A stretch of DNA of 64,000 bases, taken from contig JAJCZM010000008.1 of NCBI GenBank assembly GCA_029262375.1, forward strand, positions 129,291 through 193,290, given 5' to 3'. The DNA is from Deltaproteobacteria bacterium. Its GTDB lineage: Bacteria > Desulfobacterota > Binatia > UBA1149 > SPBQ01. Made by a program: the position numbers and the translations under genes. This document shows, one piece after another, positions 54,582 through 62,653 of the stretch. The notes under the pieces were generated by a model, which worked only from the letters and a program-made list of their open reading frames with translations, was not told the DNA's origin and did not search any database. Every line of letters starts with the position of its first letter. Within the stretch, counting starts at the first letter, position 1.

Positions 54582-55946
54582 GTGTTAGTGGATCTGCTAC
54601 GTGAGTCCGTCGGCCTCATCGCGGCCGGCTTTCTGGTGCTCCTCAACGGCTTCTTCGTTGCGGCTGAGTTCGCTCTCGTGCGCGTGCGCAAGAGTCAGCT
54701 TGATGAAATGGTCGCGCGCGGGGAGCCGTTCGCCGATTCGGCGAAATGGCTCGTCGAGCATCTAGACGGCGCGCTCTCAGCCTGCCAACTCGGAATCACG
54801 ATCGCATCCCTGGCTCTCGGCTGGATCGGTGAGCCGACGATCGCGCGGCTGCTGCATCATCCTCTCACCTCGCTCGGCATTACGAGTGCGGCCGTTCTGC
54901 ACGCAACGTCATTCGCGGTGGGGTTCACCATCATCACCGTGTTGCACGTCGTCATCGGCGAACTTGCACCGAAGACTCTCGCTATTCGCCAGCCGGAATC
55001 GCTCGCCCGCTGGTGCGCATTGCCGCTTCGCGGATTCTGGATCGCGAGCTACCCAATTCTCGTAGCGCTCAACGCGACGACTGCGGCATTCCTCAAATTG
55101 TTCGGTGTCGAAACGATGTCGGAAGCCGACGAGACGCCGCACAGCGAAACCGAAATCCGTGCTCTACTGAGCATTGCTCGCGATCACGGCGAAGTGACCG
55201 GTGCCGAGCGCGAGCTGATCGAAGGTGTTTTCCAATTCGACGATCTCATCTGTCGCAAGGTGATGGTCCCACGCGTCGATGTCGCGTACTTCGACATCAA
55301 CGATTCCCTCGAGAGTTTCCTGGAACTGATTCGTCGCACCAAGCACACACGCTACCCGATTTGCGACGCATCACTCGACAGCGTGCTCGGGGTGATTCAC
55401 GTGAAGGACATCATGCTCTCAACGGACCCTGGAGCGATCGATCTGCGTGACATCATGCGCCCGCCGCGTTTCGTTCCCGAAACGCTATCGATCAGTAAAC
55501 TGCTCAGACAATTCCAGGCAACCCATCAACTGCTCGCTATCGTCGTGGATGAGTACGGGACCACAAGCGGCGTTGTCACCCTCGAGAACGTTCTCGAGCC
55601 GATCGTCGGGCCGGTCGCCGACGAGTTCGACATCGAGCCTCCCGAGATTGTTCCCGAGAGTCGGGGAAGCTTCCTGATCGACGGTCGCGCTGATATCGAA
55701 TCGGTCATCGAACGATTCAACCTGGAACTAGTCGACGAGCAAGCCGACACACTGTCCGGTTACGTGATGGCAAGACTCGGGCACGTGCCCGAAGAAGGCG
55801 ATATCGTCGAGCTGGGCGGGGTAATCGCCGAGGTGTTGGAGGTACGTAAGTCGCGTGCAGAAAAGATCCGCGTCACCGTTCCGCCTTCGGAGGAAGACGA
55901 TGCAAACGACGAGGCGGCCAGCAGAAAAGAAAAGGCGGCCGACTGA
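54582..55946 (+). CDS. HlyC/CorC (CNNM) family transporter, second paralog
   Basis: GTG start. Motifs: LNGFFVAAEFALVRV, VMVPRVDVAYF, GVIHVKDI and LAIVVDEYGTTSGVVTLENVLE. Confidence 0.85.
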   Translation: MLVDLLRESVGLIAAGFLVLLNGFFVAAEFALVRVRKSQLDEMVARGEPFADSAKWLVEHLDGALSACQLGITIASLALGWIGEPTIARLLHHPLTSLGITSAAVLHATSFAVGFTIITVLHVVIGELAPKTLAIRQPESLARWCALPLRGFWIASYPILVALNATTAAFLKLFGVETMSEADETPHSETEIRALLSIARDHGEVTGAERELIEGVFQFDDLICRKVMVPRVDVAYFDINDSLESFLELIRRTKHTRYPICDASLDSVLGVIHVKDIMLSTDPGAIDLRDIMRPPRFVPETLSISKLLRQFQATHQLLAIVVDEYGTTSGVVTLENVLEPIVGPVADEFDIEPPEIVPESRGSFLIDGRADIESVIERFNLELVDEQADTLSGYVMARLGHVPEEGDIVELGGVIAEVLEVRKSRAEKIRVTVPPSEEDDANDEAASRKEKAAD

Positions 55947-55987
55947 TACAGCCGACCGCCCCTCCCGTGCAAAGATCTGCGTGAGTG

Positions 55988-57271
55988 CTATTTACCGGCG
56001 GTCAACAATCCTGCGATCGTAAACCAATCTTCATCGACCGAGTTCTCGTTGTCGAAACCGATGTCGATGAACCAGCCCGGCTCGTTCGGGAACTGCATAC
56101 CTGGTATCGCCGCGCGTGTTCCGTGCAACAACTGCATATCGAGAACGGTAAATGCGTACACGAACATTCGCTCGCGATCATACTCGAAGTCGAGCCGCGG
56201 GTTCGGCTTGGTCGATGTACGAATGTTCTGAATGACGGTCTTCCAAAGCTCACCCGCGTTGTCGTACATGTCGGCATACGCGATGAAGTAAACTTCCCTA
56301 TCCATGAAGATGGTACGTTTCGAGTAAGCGTAGTTGGGGACGCGCGGAACACCTTCGATGATGAAGACCTTCGGACGCACTTCCCAGTTCTCGCAGTAGG
56401 TCATACCGCCGTCTTTCTCACAGACGACCGGAGGGAGGTTCTCGCCGTGGAATGAGGCGAGCATCGGCTTCTCACCGATGAGCTTCCAGTCAAACCACGG
56501 AATCTGACCGGCGTAGCCACCGAAGCTATCCAGATCGATATCCTGACCGAACAAGGCATCACTACGCTGCGCGCTCGACATACGACGAACACGACGAATC
56601 GTCGGCACATAGAGCCAGGTATCGTCTTGCCTGGTGGGGTCGAGATAGCGGAAGCTGATCGAACCAACCCCCTTGAGATCGAACGGCTCGATCAGGGGAT
56701 AGAAACCTTGCTTGCCGAATACGCCGTCCTTGTTGTCGGCGATCTCCGGAATCGGCTCGTTTTCGAGACGACCTTTGAAGCGAATGCGTCGCGTCCAGTC
56801 GACGATGAAGTGGCGCTCGACATTGTACTGACGATTGCCGTCGGCGGTCACATAGAAGTTCCCCGTGTCGGCATCGGGAACCCGGACATTCAGATCGTCC
56901 GTGAAGTAATGGGTTCGTTCGAAGTTATACATCAACTTCGTGCCCACCATCGGATCGTTCGAATCGACGGTGGGGAACGGGCGACCAGCAACCCAATCCA
57001 CTACGTCCTGGGCATCGTTCAGTTTTACCTGTGCCGAGTACTTCTCGGTTGCGGCAGTGTAGTGCGCCGGCTCATCGATCTTTTTGTAAGGCACGATCTT
57101 GAGATCCATGCCGTTCTCGACCGCCCAAAGAATCCCGGGTGATGCGAGGTTCTTGATTTTCTCGACGTTCTGTCTGGTGATCAGGTCGCCAGGTACGACG
57201 TCCGCCGAGGCTGGCGCGGCCGCAAGAGCGAGAAAGCTCGCGGCCATCAAACAAGTGAACGCGGTAGCCAT
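55988..57271 (-). CDS. Exported DUF1329-like (LolA-fold, lipoprotein-sorting-like) protein
   Basis: ATG 57271 is preceded by GGAGAG. Signal peptide MATAFTCLMAASFLALAAAPASA. GRPFPTVDSNDPMVGTKLMYNFE resembles the G.PFP...K..WN motif I associate with DUF1329. Confidence 0.5.
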   Translation of the reverse strand: MATAFTCLMAASFLALAAAPASADVVPGDLITRQNVEKIKNLASPGILWAVENGMDLKIVPYKKIDEPAHYTAATEKYSAQVKLNDAQDVVDWVAGRPFPTVDSNDPMVGTKLMYNFERTHYFTDDLNVRVPDADTGNFYVTADGNRQYNVERHFIVDWTRRIRFKGRLENEPIPEIADNKDGVFGKQGFYPLIEPFDLKGVGSISFRYLDPTRQDDTWLYVPTIRRVRRMSSAQRSDALFGQDIDLDSFGGYAGQIPWFDWKLIGEKPMLASFHGENLPPVVCEKDGGMTYCENWEVRPKVFIIEGVPRVPNYAYSKRTIFMDREVYFIAYADMYDNAGELWKTVIQNIRTSTKPNPRLDFEYDRERMFVYAFTVLDMQLLHGTRAAIPGMQFPNEPGWFIDIGFDNENSVDEDWFTIAGLLTAGK

Positions 57272-57403
57272 GCGATTCTCTCCGTCTCGCTGTTGGTGCA
57301 GCCATTCTCGAAGCATGTGTTCAGGACCTCCTGCTGCCCACGTCCGTAAACTTCCGCCGCATCAATGTGATTTCAGCGGGAAAAGCTCCCGGGCAAGCAA
57401 AAC

Positions 57404-57417
57404 TAGAACGCGTTCTA
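57404..57417. promoter_or_regulatory. Perfect 14-bp palindrome fitting a TetR/KstR-type operator (TnnAACnnGTTnnA)
   Basis: TAGAACGCGTTCTA lies in the 445-bp divergent region between the DUF1329 gene and the alpha/beta hydrolase gene. Confidence 0.4.
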
Positions 57418-57715
57418 TAGCTGTTCGTAACTCGCATGTCACGCCCTGGTATGGAGACGAACGGGCCGGCAGCGCCATTCGAACGCGTATCGTAGGCGTT
57501 CGCACCTCAAGGTTCTCGACGTCACCTCATGATGGCTTCGAATTCCTTTCGATACCGGGCATTTAGGACCTGTAGACAGGTCCTGAGACCTTCCCTAGGC
57601 AGGTCGGAGACGCGACGCAGGGTGTTTCGTTTGTGGCGGACCCACCGACAGCAACCAACAACGACAAGCGATCACGGGTGGACCCGGCGCGCGTGTCGAG
57701 GCAGGTAGTGAGGCG

Positions 57716-58600
57716 ATGAGCTCGATCTCCGCCGGAACCGGCCCCACCTCACACACCTTCATCTCTCAGAGACTGCGCCTGCACTACGTCGATTACGGCA
57801 ACCCCGGTGCGCCGCTCGTCGTGCTCGTCCACGGAGGACGAGACCACGCACGCAACTGGGACGCCGTCGCGGCGAAACTGCGAGATCGCTACCACGTGAT
57901 TGCTCCGGACCTACGAGGCCACGGCGACTCCGCGTGGGGAATCGGCGCGCAGTATTCCATGCCGGAGTACGTGCTCGATCTCACGCAGCTACTTCGTCAT
58001 CTCTGCGAGCAGCGCGTACGGCTCGTCGGACATTCTCTCGGCGGCGCCGTGTGTCTGCACTACACCGGTCTGTACCCGGACTCGGTCGTGCGCCTGTGCG
58101 CGGTGGAAGGCATGGGCCCACCGCCTGAAATGATCAAGGAACGTCCCGTCGAAGAGCGTTGGCACGAATGGATCGAGTCCGCACAAAGCCTGGCGACGCG
58201 AAAACCGCGCGAGTACACGAGCCTCGATGAAGCGGCGGCGCGTATGCATGACGCGAATCCGCATCTCAGCGAAGAGATGGCACGACATCTGACCGTGCAC
58301 GGCGCGATGCAGTTGGAGAACGGGAACTACGCGTGGAAGTTCGACAACTACGTGCGCAACTGGCCGCCGAACCGCTACGACCGCGAATCGGTGCAGCGCC
58401 TGTGGTCGCTCATCGATTGTCCGGTACTGCTGGTGCGAGGACGAGAGAGTTGGGCGTCCGACCCCGAGAAAGACGGACGTGCGCAGCACATTCGCAATTA
58501 CGATTATGTCGAGATCGCGGACGCCGGGCATTGGGTGCATCACGATCAGTTCGACGAATTCGTTTCACACCTCGTTCCGTTTCTTGAAGGATCCGACTGA
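57716..58600 (+). CDS. Alpha/beta hydrolase
   Basis: Motifs: VVLVHGGRDH, nucleophile elbow LVGHSLGG and C-terminal AGHWVHHDQ. Confidence 0.8.
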   Translation: MSSISAGTGPTSHTFISQRLRLHYVDYGNPGAPLVVLVHGGRDHARNWDAVAAKLRDRYHVIAPDLRGHGDSAWGIGAQYSMPEYVLDLTQLLRHLCEQRVRLVGHSLGGAVCLHYTGLYPDSVVRLCAVEGMGPPPEMIKERPVEERWHEWIESAQSLATRKPREYTSLDEAAARMHDANPHLSEEMARHLTVHGAMQLENGNYAWKFDNYVRNWPPNRYDRESVQRLWSLIDCPVLLVRGRESWASDPEKDGRAQHIRNYDYVEIADAGHWVHHDQFDEFVSHLVPFLEGSD

Positions 58601-58603
58601 GCG

Positions 58604-59158
58604 ATGAGCAGCAATAGAAAAGACCTCGCGGCGCTTCTGGCGCAGCTTTCCTACCGAAGCGGTACGTTCACACTGGCGTCGGGCTTACAGAGCGATTTCT
58701 ACGTGGACGTGAAACAGACGGTGTTCACGGCGCGCGGTAGCAGGCTAGTCGGCGAACTGTTGTGCGACAGACTCCAAGCTTCCGGCATCACGTTGGTCGG
58801 CGGCATGGCTGTCGGAGCAATCCCGCTGGTAACCGCTGCGCTCGACGCAGCAGCAGCACGCGACTACGCACTCGACGGCTTCTTCGTGCGCAAGGACGTC
58901 AAAGCCCACGGCACATCGCAGAAGCTCGATGGCCGCTTCGACGCCGCGGCAAAAATAGCACTGGTTGAAGATGTGGTTACGACCGGCGAATCTACCATCA
59001 AAGCCATCGACAGCGTCGAGAGCGAGGGCGGAAGCGTCTCGCTGGTGATCACGGTAGTCGACCGCGAAGAGAACGACGGGATGTCGAACCTCGCCGCGCG
59101 AGCCGGCGAAGTCGACGCGCTGGCAACGCGTACTGCGATCATTGCCGCGGCGCAGTAG
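58604..59158 (+). CDS. pyrE: Orotate phosphoribosyltransferase
   Basis: FTLASGLQSDFYVDVK plus the PRPP-binding loop IALVEDVVTTGEST. Confidence 0.85.
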   Translation: MSSNRKDLAALLAQLSYRSGTFTLASGLQSDFYVDVKQTVFTARGSRLVGELLCDRLQASGITLVGGMAVGAIPLVTAALDAAAARDYALDGFFVRKDVKAHGTSQKLDGRFDAAAKIALVEDVVTTGESTIKAIDSVESEGGSVSLVITVVDREENDGMSNLAARAGEVDALATRTAIIAAAQ

Positions 59159-59178
59159 CGAGTAGCGCCTCAGGACTT

Positions 59179-59212
59179 CAAAAAAGAAAGGGGAGGCCCG
59201 AAAGCCTCCCCT
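59179..59212 (-). terminator. Rho-independent terminator of atpE (also closes convergent pyrE)
   Basis: The minus strand reads AGGGGAGGC-TTTCGG-GCCTCCCCT followed by TTCTTTTTTG. The stem is a perfect 9 bp. Confidence 0.7.
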
Positions 59213-59263
59213 TCATTCTACAGGCAGGCTCAAGAGCCTACCCGAATCCCGGCAATGTCGTTT

Positions 59264-59593
59264 CTAGATATTGCCCGCGATCGTGAACGCGATGACGAGT
59301 GCGTAAATGGCGAGTGCTTCGATCAGAGCCAGACCGATGATCATCGGAGTCTGGATGCGGTCGGCACAGTTCGGGTTGCGGCCGATGGATTCCATCGCTG
59401 CTGCAACGGCGCGGCCCTGACCCAGCGCGCAACCGAAGGCTGCCAGCGAGATCGCGAGGCCTGCGGCCACTGCGAGAACGCCACTGTTTGCGCCGCCGCC
59501 GGCGGCGTCTTCAGCCAGAGCAACTGAACTCGTTCCGAGCGTCGTGAAAACGGTACCAGCGGTGATCATCAAGAAAGTGCGAATTCGTTTCAT
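59264..59593 (-). CDS. atpE: F0F1 ATP synthase subunit c with N-terminal signal-like extension
   Basis: [19 protein letters not shown]...RNPN...[20 protein letters not shown] is a c-subunit hairpin with the carboxylate in IEAL. ATG 59593 gives [29 protein letters not shown]..., an extra hydrophobic segment. Confidence 0.85.
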   Translation of the reverse strand: MKRIRTFLMITAGTVFTTLGTSSVALAEDAAGGGANSGVLAVAAGLAISLAAFGCALGQGRAVAAAMESIGRNPNCADRIQTPMIIGLALIEALAIYALVIAFTIAGNI

Positions 59594-59703
59594 TGTATTG
59601 CGTAACTCCTGTTGTGTGTTGCGTCGCAGCCGCGTTTTCACCGCACCTCTGCTGCCTCTACCACTGCGCTATGCGACGCTGATATCGTGCGCACCCGCTC
59701 CCC

Positions 59704-60411
59704 TCAGTGATGATCTCCGTGCCCCATGGAGAGAGACACGTAGATGATCGTGAGCAGCGTGAACACGAAAGCCTGAAGCACCGAAACCAAGGTGCCGAAG
59801 AAATAGAATATAACCGGAATGACGAGCTTGGTGAGATCGGTGAAGATCTCGAGCACCAAGTGATCGCCCGTCATGTTACCGAACAGACGTAGGCCGAGAG
59901 AAACGGGCCGTACGAATACGCCGATGAGTTCCAGCGGGAACATCAGAATCGCCAGCCACCAGATCGGACCTGCGAAGTGCGCCAAGTAGCTACCGAGCCC
60001 CTGGTCTCTGATGCCGATGTAGTTGAATGCGAGAAAGCTGGAAACGCCGAGTGCGAACGTAATGTTGAAATTGCTCGTCGGCGGCGCGAACCCGGGCACC
60101 AGGCCCATCGCGTTGCTGATCAAGATGAACGCGAAGAAGGTACCGAACACACCGACGATGGGTTTTGCCCGTGGGCCTATCACGCCGTGGGCCAATCCGG
60201 AGATCCCTCCGACCAAAAGCTCGGCGAGATTGCGCACGCTCAGTCCCTCATCGGGGATCAGCGCGGCGCCGGACGCTTTCGCGGCAACGAGCCTTCGGTT
60301 CGCAACGACTGCGAACGCGATGAGAATCGTCATGACCAACGTTGCGTAGAAGGTCCTCCCGAAAGGCTCGGGGATGTTCAGGACCTCATGCCAAAAGATC
60401 GGATGCGTCAT
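59704..60411 (-). CDS. atpB: F0F1 ATP synthase subunit a
   Basis: RPVSLGLRLFGNMTGDHLVL (conserved Arg in RLFGN) and 5-6 TM helices. Confidence 0.9.
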   Translation of the reverse strand: MTHPIFWHEVLNIPEPFGRTFYATLVMTILIAFAVVANRRLVAAKASGAALIPDEGLSVRNLAELLVGGISGLAHGVIGPRAKPIVGVFGTFFAFILISNAMGLVPGFAPPTSNFNITFALGVSSFLAFNYIGIRDQGLGSYLAHFAGPIWWLAILMFPLELIGVFVRPVSLGLRLFGNMTGDHLVLEIFTDLTKLVIPVIFYFFGTLVSVLQAFVFTLLTIIYVSLSMGHGDHH

Positions 60412-60423
60412 CGTATGCGTAAC

Positions 60424-60822
60424 CTACTCGGTAGTTCGGCTGCTGCCGTCTTCGTTAAGAGGCTCTAGCGGCTCGCCGATGAAAACCGCCTCAACGACGG
60501 TGGCGAGAAGTAGCTGACTGGCCCCGAATGCGAACGACATGGGTTCGATCGGTAGCCGGTAAAAGGCCCCCGCGACCAGAACGAAGAAGAGACCGAACTT
60601 CCCGACGAACAGGATTACCGCCCAAACTTTGCTCAATCGCGGGCTTATTAGTTGGGAAACCAGCATACGAATCAAATGGTAGTTGGCCAACATCAGACCG
60701 CTTCCGGCGACGATGCTCCACGGCTGCCCGACGCCTACGAAGGCCGATATCGCAGCCGCGGCGCCGGTCATCCCCAAGGCGATATTCGAAAGCCGTTGTA
60801 GGTCGACGCTACGAGCTTGCAT
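60424..60822 (-). CDS. atpI: ATP synthase protein I (AtpI-like)
   Basis: Small 4-TM protein directly upstream of atpB. ATG 60822 gives MQARSVDLQRLSNIALGMTGAAA.... Confidence 0.55.
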   Translation of the reverse strand: MQARSVDLQRLSNIALGMTGAAAAISAFVGVGQPWSIVAGSGLMLANYHLIRMLVSQLISPRLSKVWAVILFVGKFGLFFVLVAGAFYRLPIEPMSFAFGASQLLLATVVEAVFIGEPLEPLNEDGSSRTTE

Positions 60823-61057
60823 CGTCGTCCGCGCCGTCTTGCGCGCCTGGGCCGGCCGGCCTTTTCGATATGCGCAGCATGTCGGCAACGGCGCCGACCA
60901 GGGCACCGATGGACAGGACTGTGATGAAGATCGGTGTGGTCCCCTGCCACTCGTCGATCCAGTAGCCGATGATTGCGCCCGCGGCGATTCGCCACCCGAA
61001 GCCCAGAGCCAAGCCCCAGGCCTGGGCCGCTTGCGGTGTCAGTCGCATGGCGGGCAT
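60809..61057 (-). CDS. AtpZ/AtpR-like small membrane protein
   Basis: AWGLALGFGWRIAAGAIIGYWIDEWQGTTPIFITVLSIGALVGA is the two-TM pattern (G..G.W.D...G) seen in AtpZ-type proteins. ATG 61057 lies 10 nt after the hemL stop. Confidence 0.55.
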   Translation of the reverse strand: MPAMRLTPQAAQAWGLALGFGWRIAAGAIIGYWIDEWQGTTPIFITVLSIGALVGAVADMLRISKRPAGPGAQDGADDDASS

Positions 61058-61067
61058 CGCAGCAACC

Positions 61068-62339
61068 CTAATCCGTTGCGGCGATCGCCCGCTCGGCGGC
61101 GGCGATGGTCGCGTCGATGTCTGCATCGGTATGCGCGGTGGACAGGAACCAACATTCGTACTGGGACGGCGGCAGCCAGATCCCCTCGTCGAGCATTGCC
61201 TGGAAAAAACGGGCAAATCGGCCCGTATCGAGCCCGCCCGCATCGTCGTAATTCCGCACTTCACGGCGGCCGAAGAACAGTGTTAACAGCGAGCCCAGCT
61301 GCGCAACGCAGCCCGTTCGCTCGCCGAGCGCCGCACGCAGGCCGTCGGCCAGCCTGGAGCCCTTCGCCGCCAGATCAGCGTACGGATCGCCCTGCTCGAG
61401 CGCGCGCAGGGTGGCCAGTCCCGCAGCGACGGCAAGCGGATTGCCCGACAATGTACCCGCTTGATACACCGGCCCCGCGGGAGAGATCTGCTGCATCAAG
61501 TCAGCCCGACCACCGTAGGCGCCTACCGGCAGACCGCCGCCGATGACCTTCCCGAGGCAGGTGAGATCGGGCAAGACACCGCACACGGTTTGATAACCGC
61601 CGAGCGAAGCGCGGAACCCACTGATGACTTCATCGAAGATGAGCAACGCGCCGGTTTCGTCTGCAATCGTTCGCAGCGCTTCAAGGAAGCCGGGCTCAGG
61701 CAGAACCAAACCCATGTTGCCCGCAACGGGCTCGACGATGATCGCCGCCGTATCGGCCCCCACGACACGCCTGACCGACTCGACGTCGTTGTAGTTGGCC
61801 AGTTTCGTGAGCGCCGCAATTGCCTCAGGTACGCCCGGGCTGTCGGGAACCCCCAGCGTGGTGGCGCCGGAGCCGGCGCGCACGAGCAAGCCATCGGCGT
61901 GCCCGTGATAGCAGCCGGCGAATTTTACGATTTCGCTATGACCGGTCGCGGCACGCGCGAGTCGCAGTGCGCTCATGGTCGCTTCAGTTCCAGAATTCAC
62001 CAGGCGCACACGCTCGATGGACGCCACGAGCTCGGTGATCTTCTCGGCGAGCACTACCTCCGAGCGCGTAGGCGCTCCGAAACTCGTCCCGCTTGGAGCA
62101 GCCGCCGACAGCGCGTCGAGCACGACCTCGGGCGCATGACCAAGGATCATGGGACCCCAAGATCCGATGTAGTCGATGTACTCGTTGCCATCTTCGTCGG
62201 TCAGACGTGCGCCCTTTGCCGAGGCGACGAAACGCGGCGAGCCACCGACGCCGGCCCAAGCGCGAACGGGTGAGTTCACACCGCCGGGGATGACCTGTGT
62301 GGCCTTTGCAAAAAGATCTTCGGATACTGATGCGGACAT
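61068..62339 (-). CDS. hemL: Glutamate-1-semialdehyde 2,1-aminomutase
   Basis: Motifs: LFAKATQVIPGGVNSPVRAW, YIDYIGSWGPMILGH, DEVISGFR and LGKVIGGGLPVGAYGG. Confidence 0.9.
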   Translation of the reverse strand: MSASVSEDLFAKATQVIPGGVNSPVRAWAGVGGSPRFVASAKGARLTDEDGNEYIDYIGSWGPMILGHAPEVVLDALSAAAPSGTSFGAPTRSEVVLAEKITELVASIERVRLVNSGTEATMSALRLARAATGHSEIVKFAGCYHGHADGLLVRAGSGATTLGVPDSPGVPEAIAALTKLANYNDVESVRRVVGADTAAIIVEPVAGNMGLVLPEPGFLEALRTIADETGALLIFDEVISGFRASLGGYQTVCGVLPDLTCLGKVIGGGLPVGAYGGRADLMQQISPAGPVYQAGTLSGNPLAVAAGLATLRALEQGDPYADLAAKGSRLADGLRAALGERTGCVAQLGSLLTLFFGRREVRNYDDAGGLDTGRFARFFQAMLDEGIWLPPSQYECWFLSTAHTDADIDATIAAAERAIAATD

Positions 62340-62599
62340 CGATCGTCTCCACGGTCTGCGACGCGTCGAGTTAACAGCGTTAACACTACTCCTGTCGGCT
62401 AATAACGGCGCGCCTGCCCATCCGTCAGGATGTCTTCTAAGACAAGTAACAGGTGTACCGGAAACCTCGAACCTGTGCTTAACGTGCGTTCACCCCCGAC
62501 TGGTGTTGCAACGCGATAGCGGTGTGATTTATCTCGCCGCAAGCGCTGCGAGGAGCCGGCCGATTGAGCCGAGGTTCTCGTCGAGACGCCCTCCACAGG

Positions 62600-62653
62600 T
62601 TATCAACACCTGTGGACAACACTGTTCATAACTTGGAGTGGTTGGGTGGATAA
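62600..62653. promoter_or_regulatory. DnaA-box-like sites around the dnaA start
   Basis: TTATCAACA (62600-62608, 8/9 to TTATCCACA). TGTGGACAA (62611-62619, 8/9 to the complement TGTGGATAA). GGTGGATAA (62645-62653, complement TTATCCACC, 8/9). The first two lie within the inverted repeat CCACAGGT-N7-ACCTGTGG. Confidence 0.45.
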
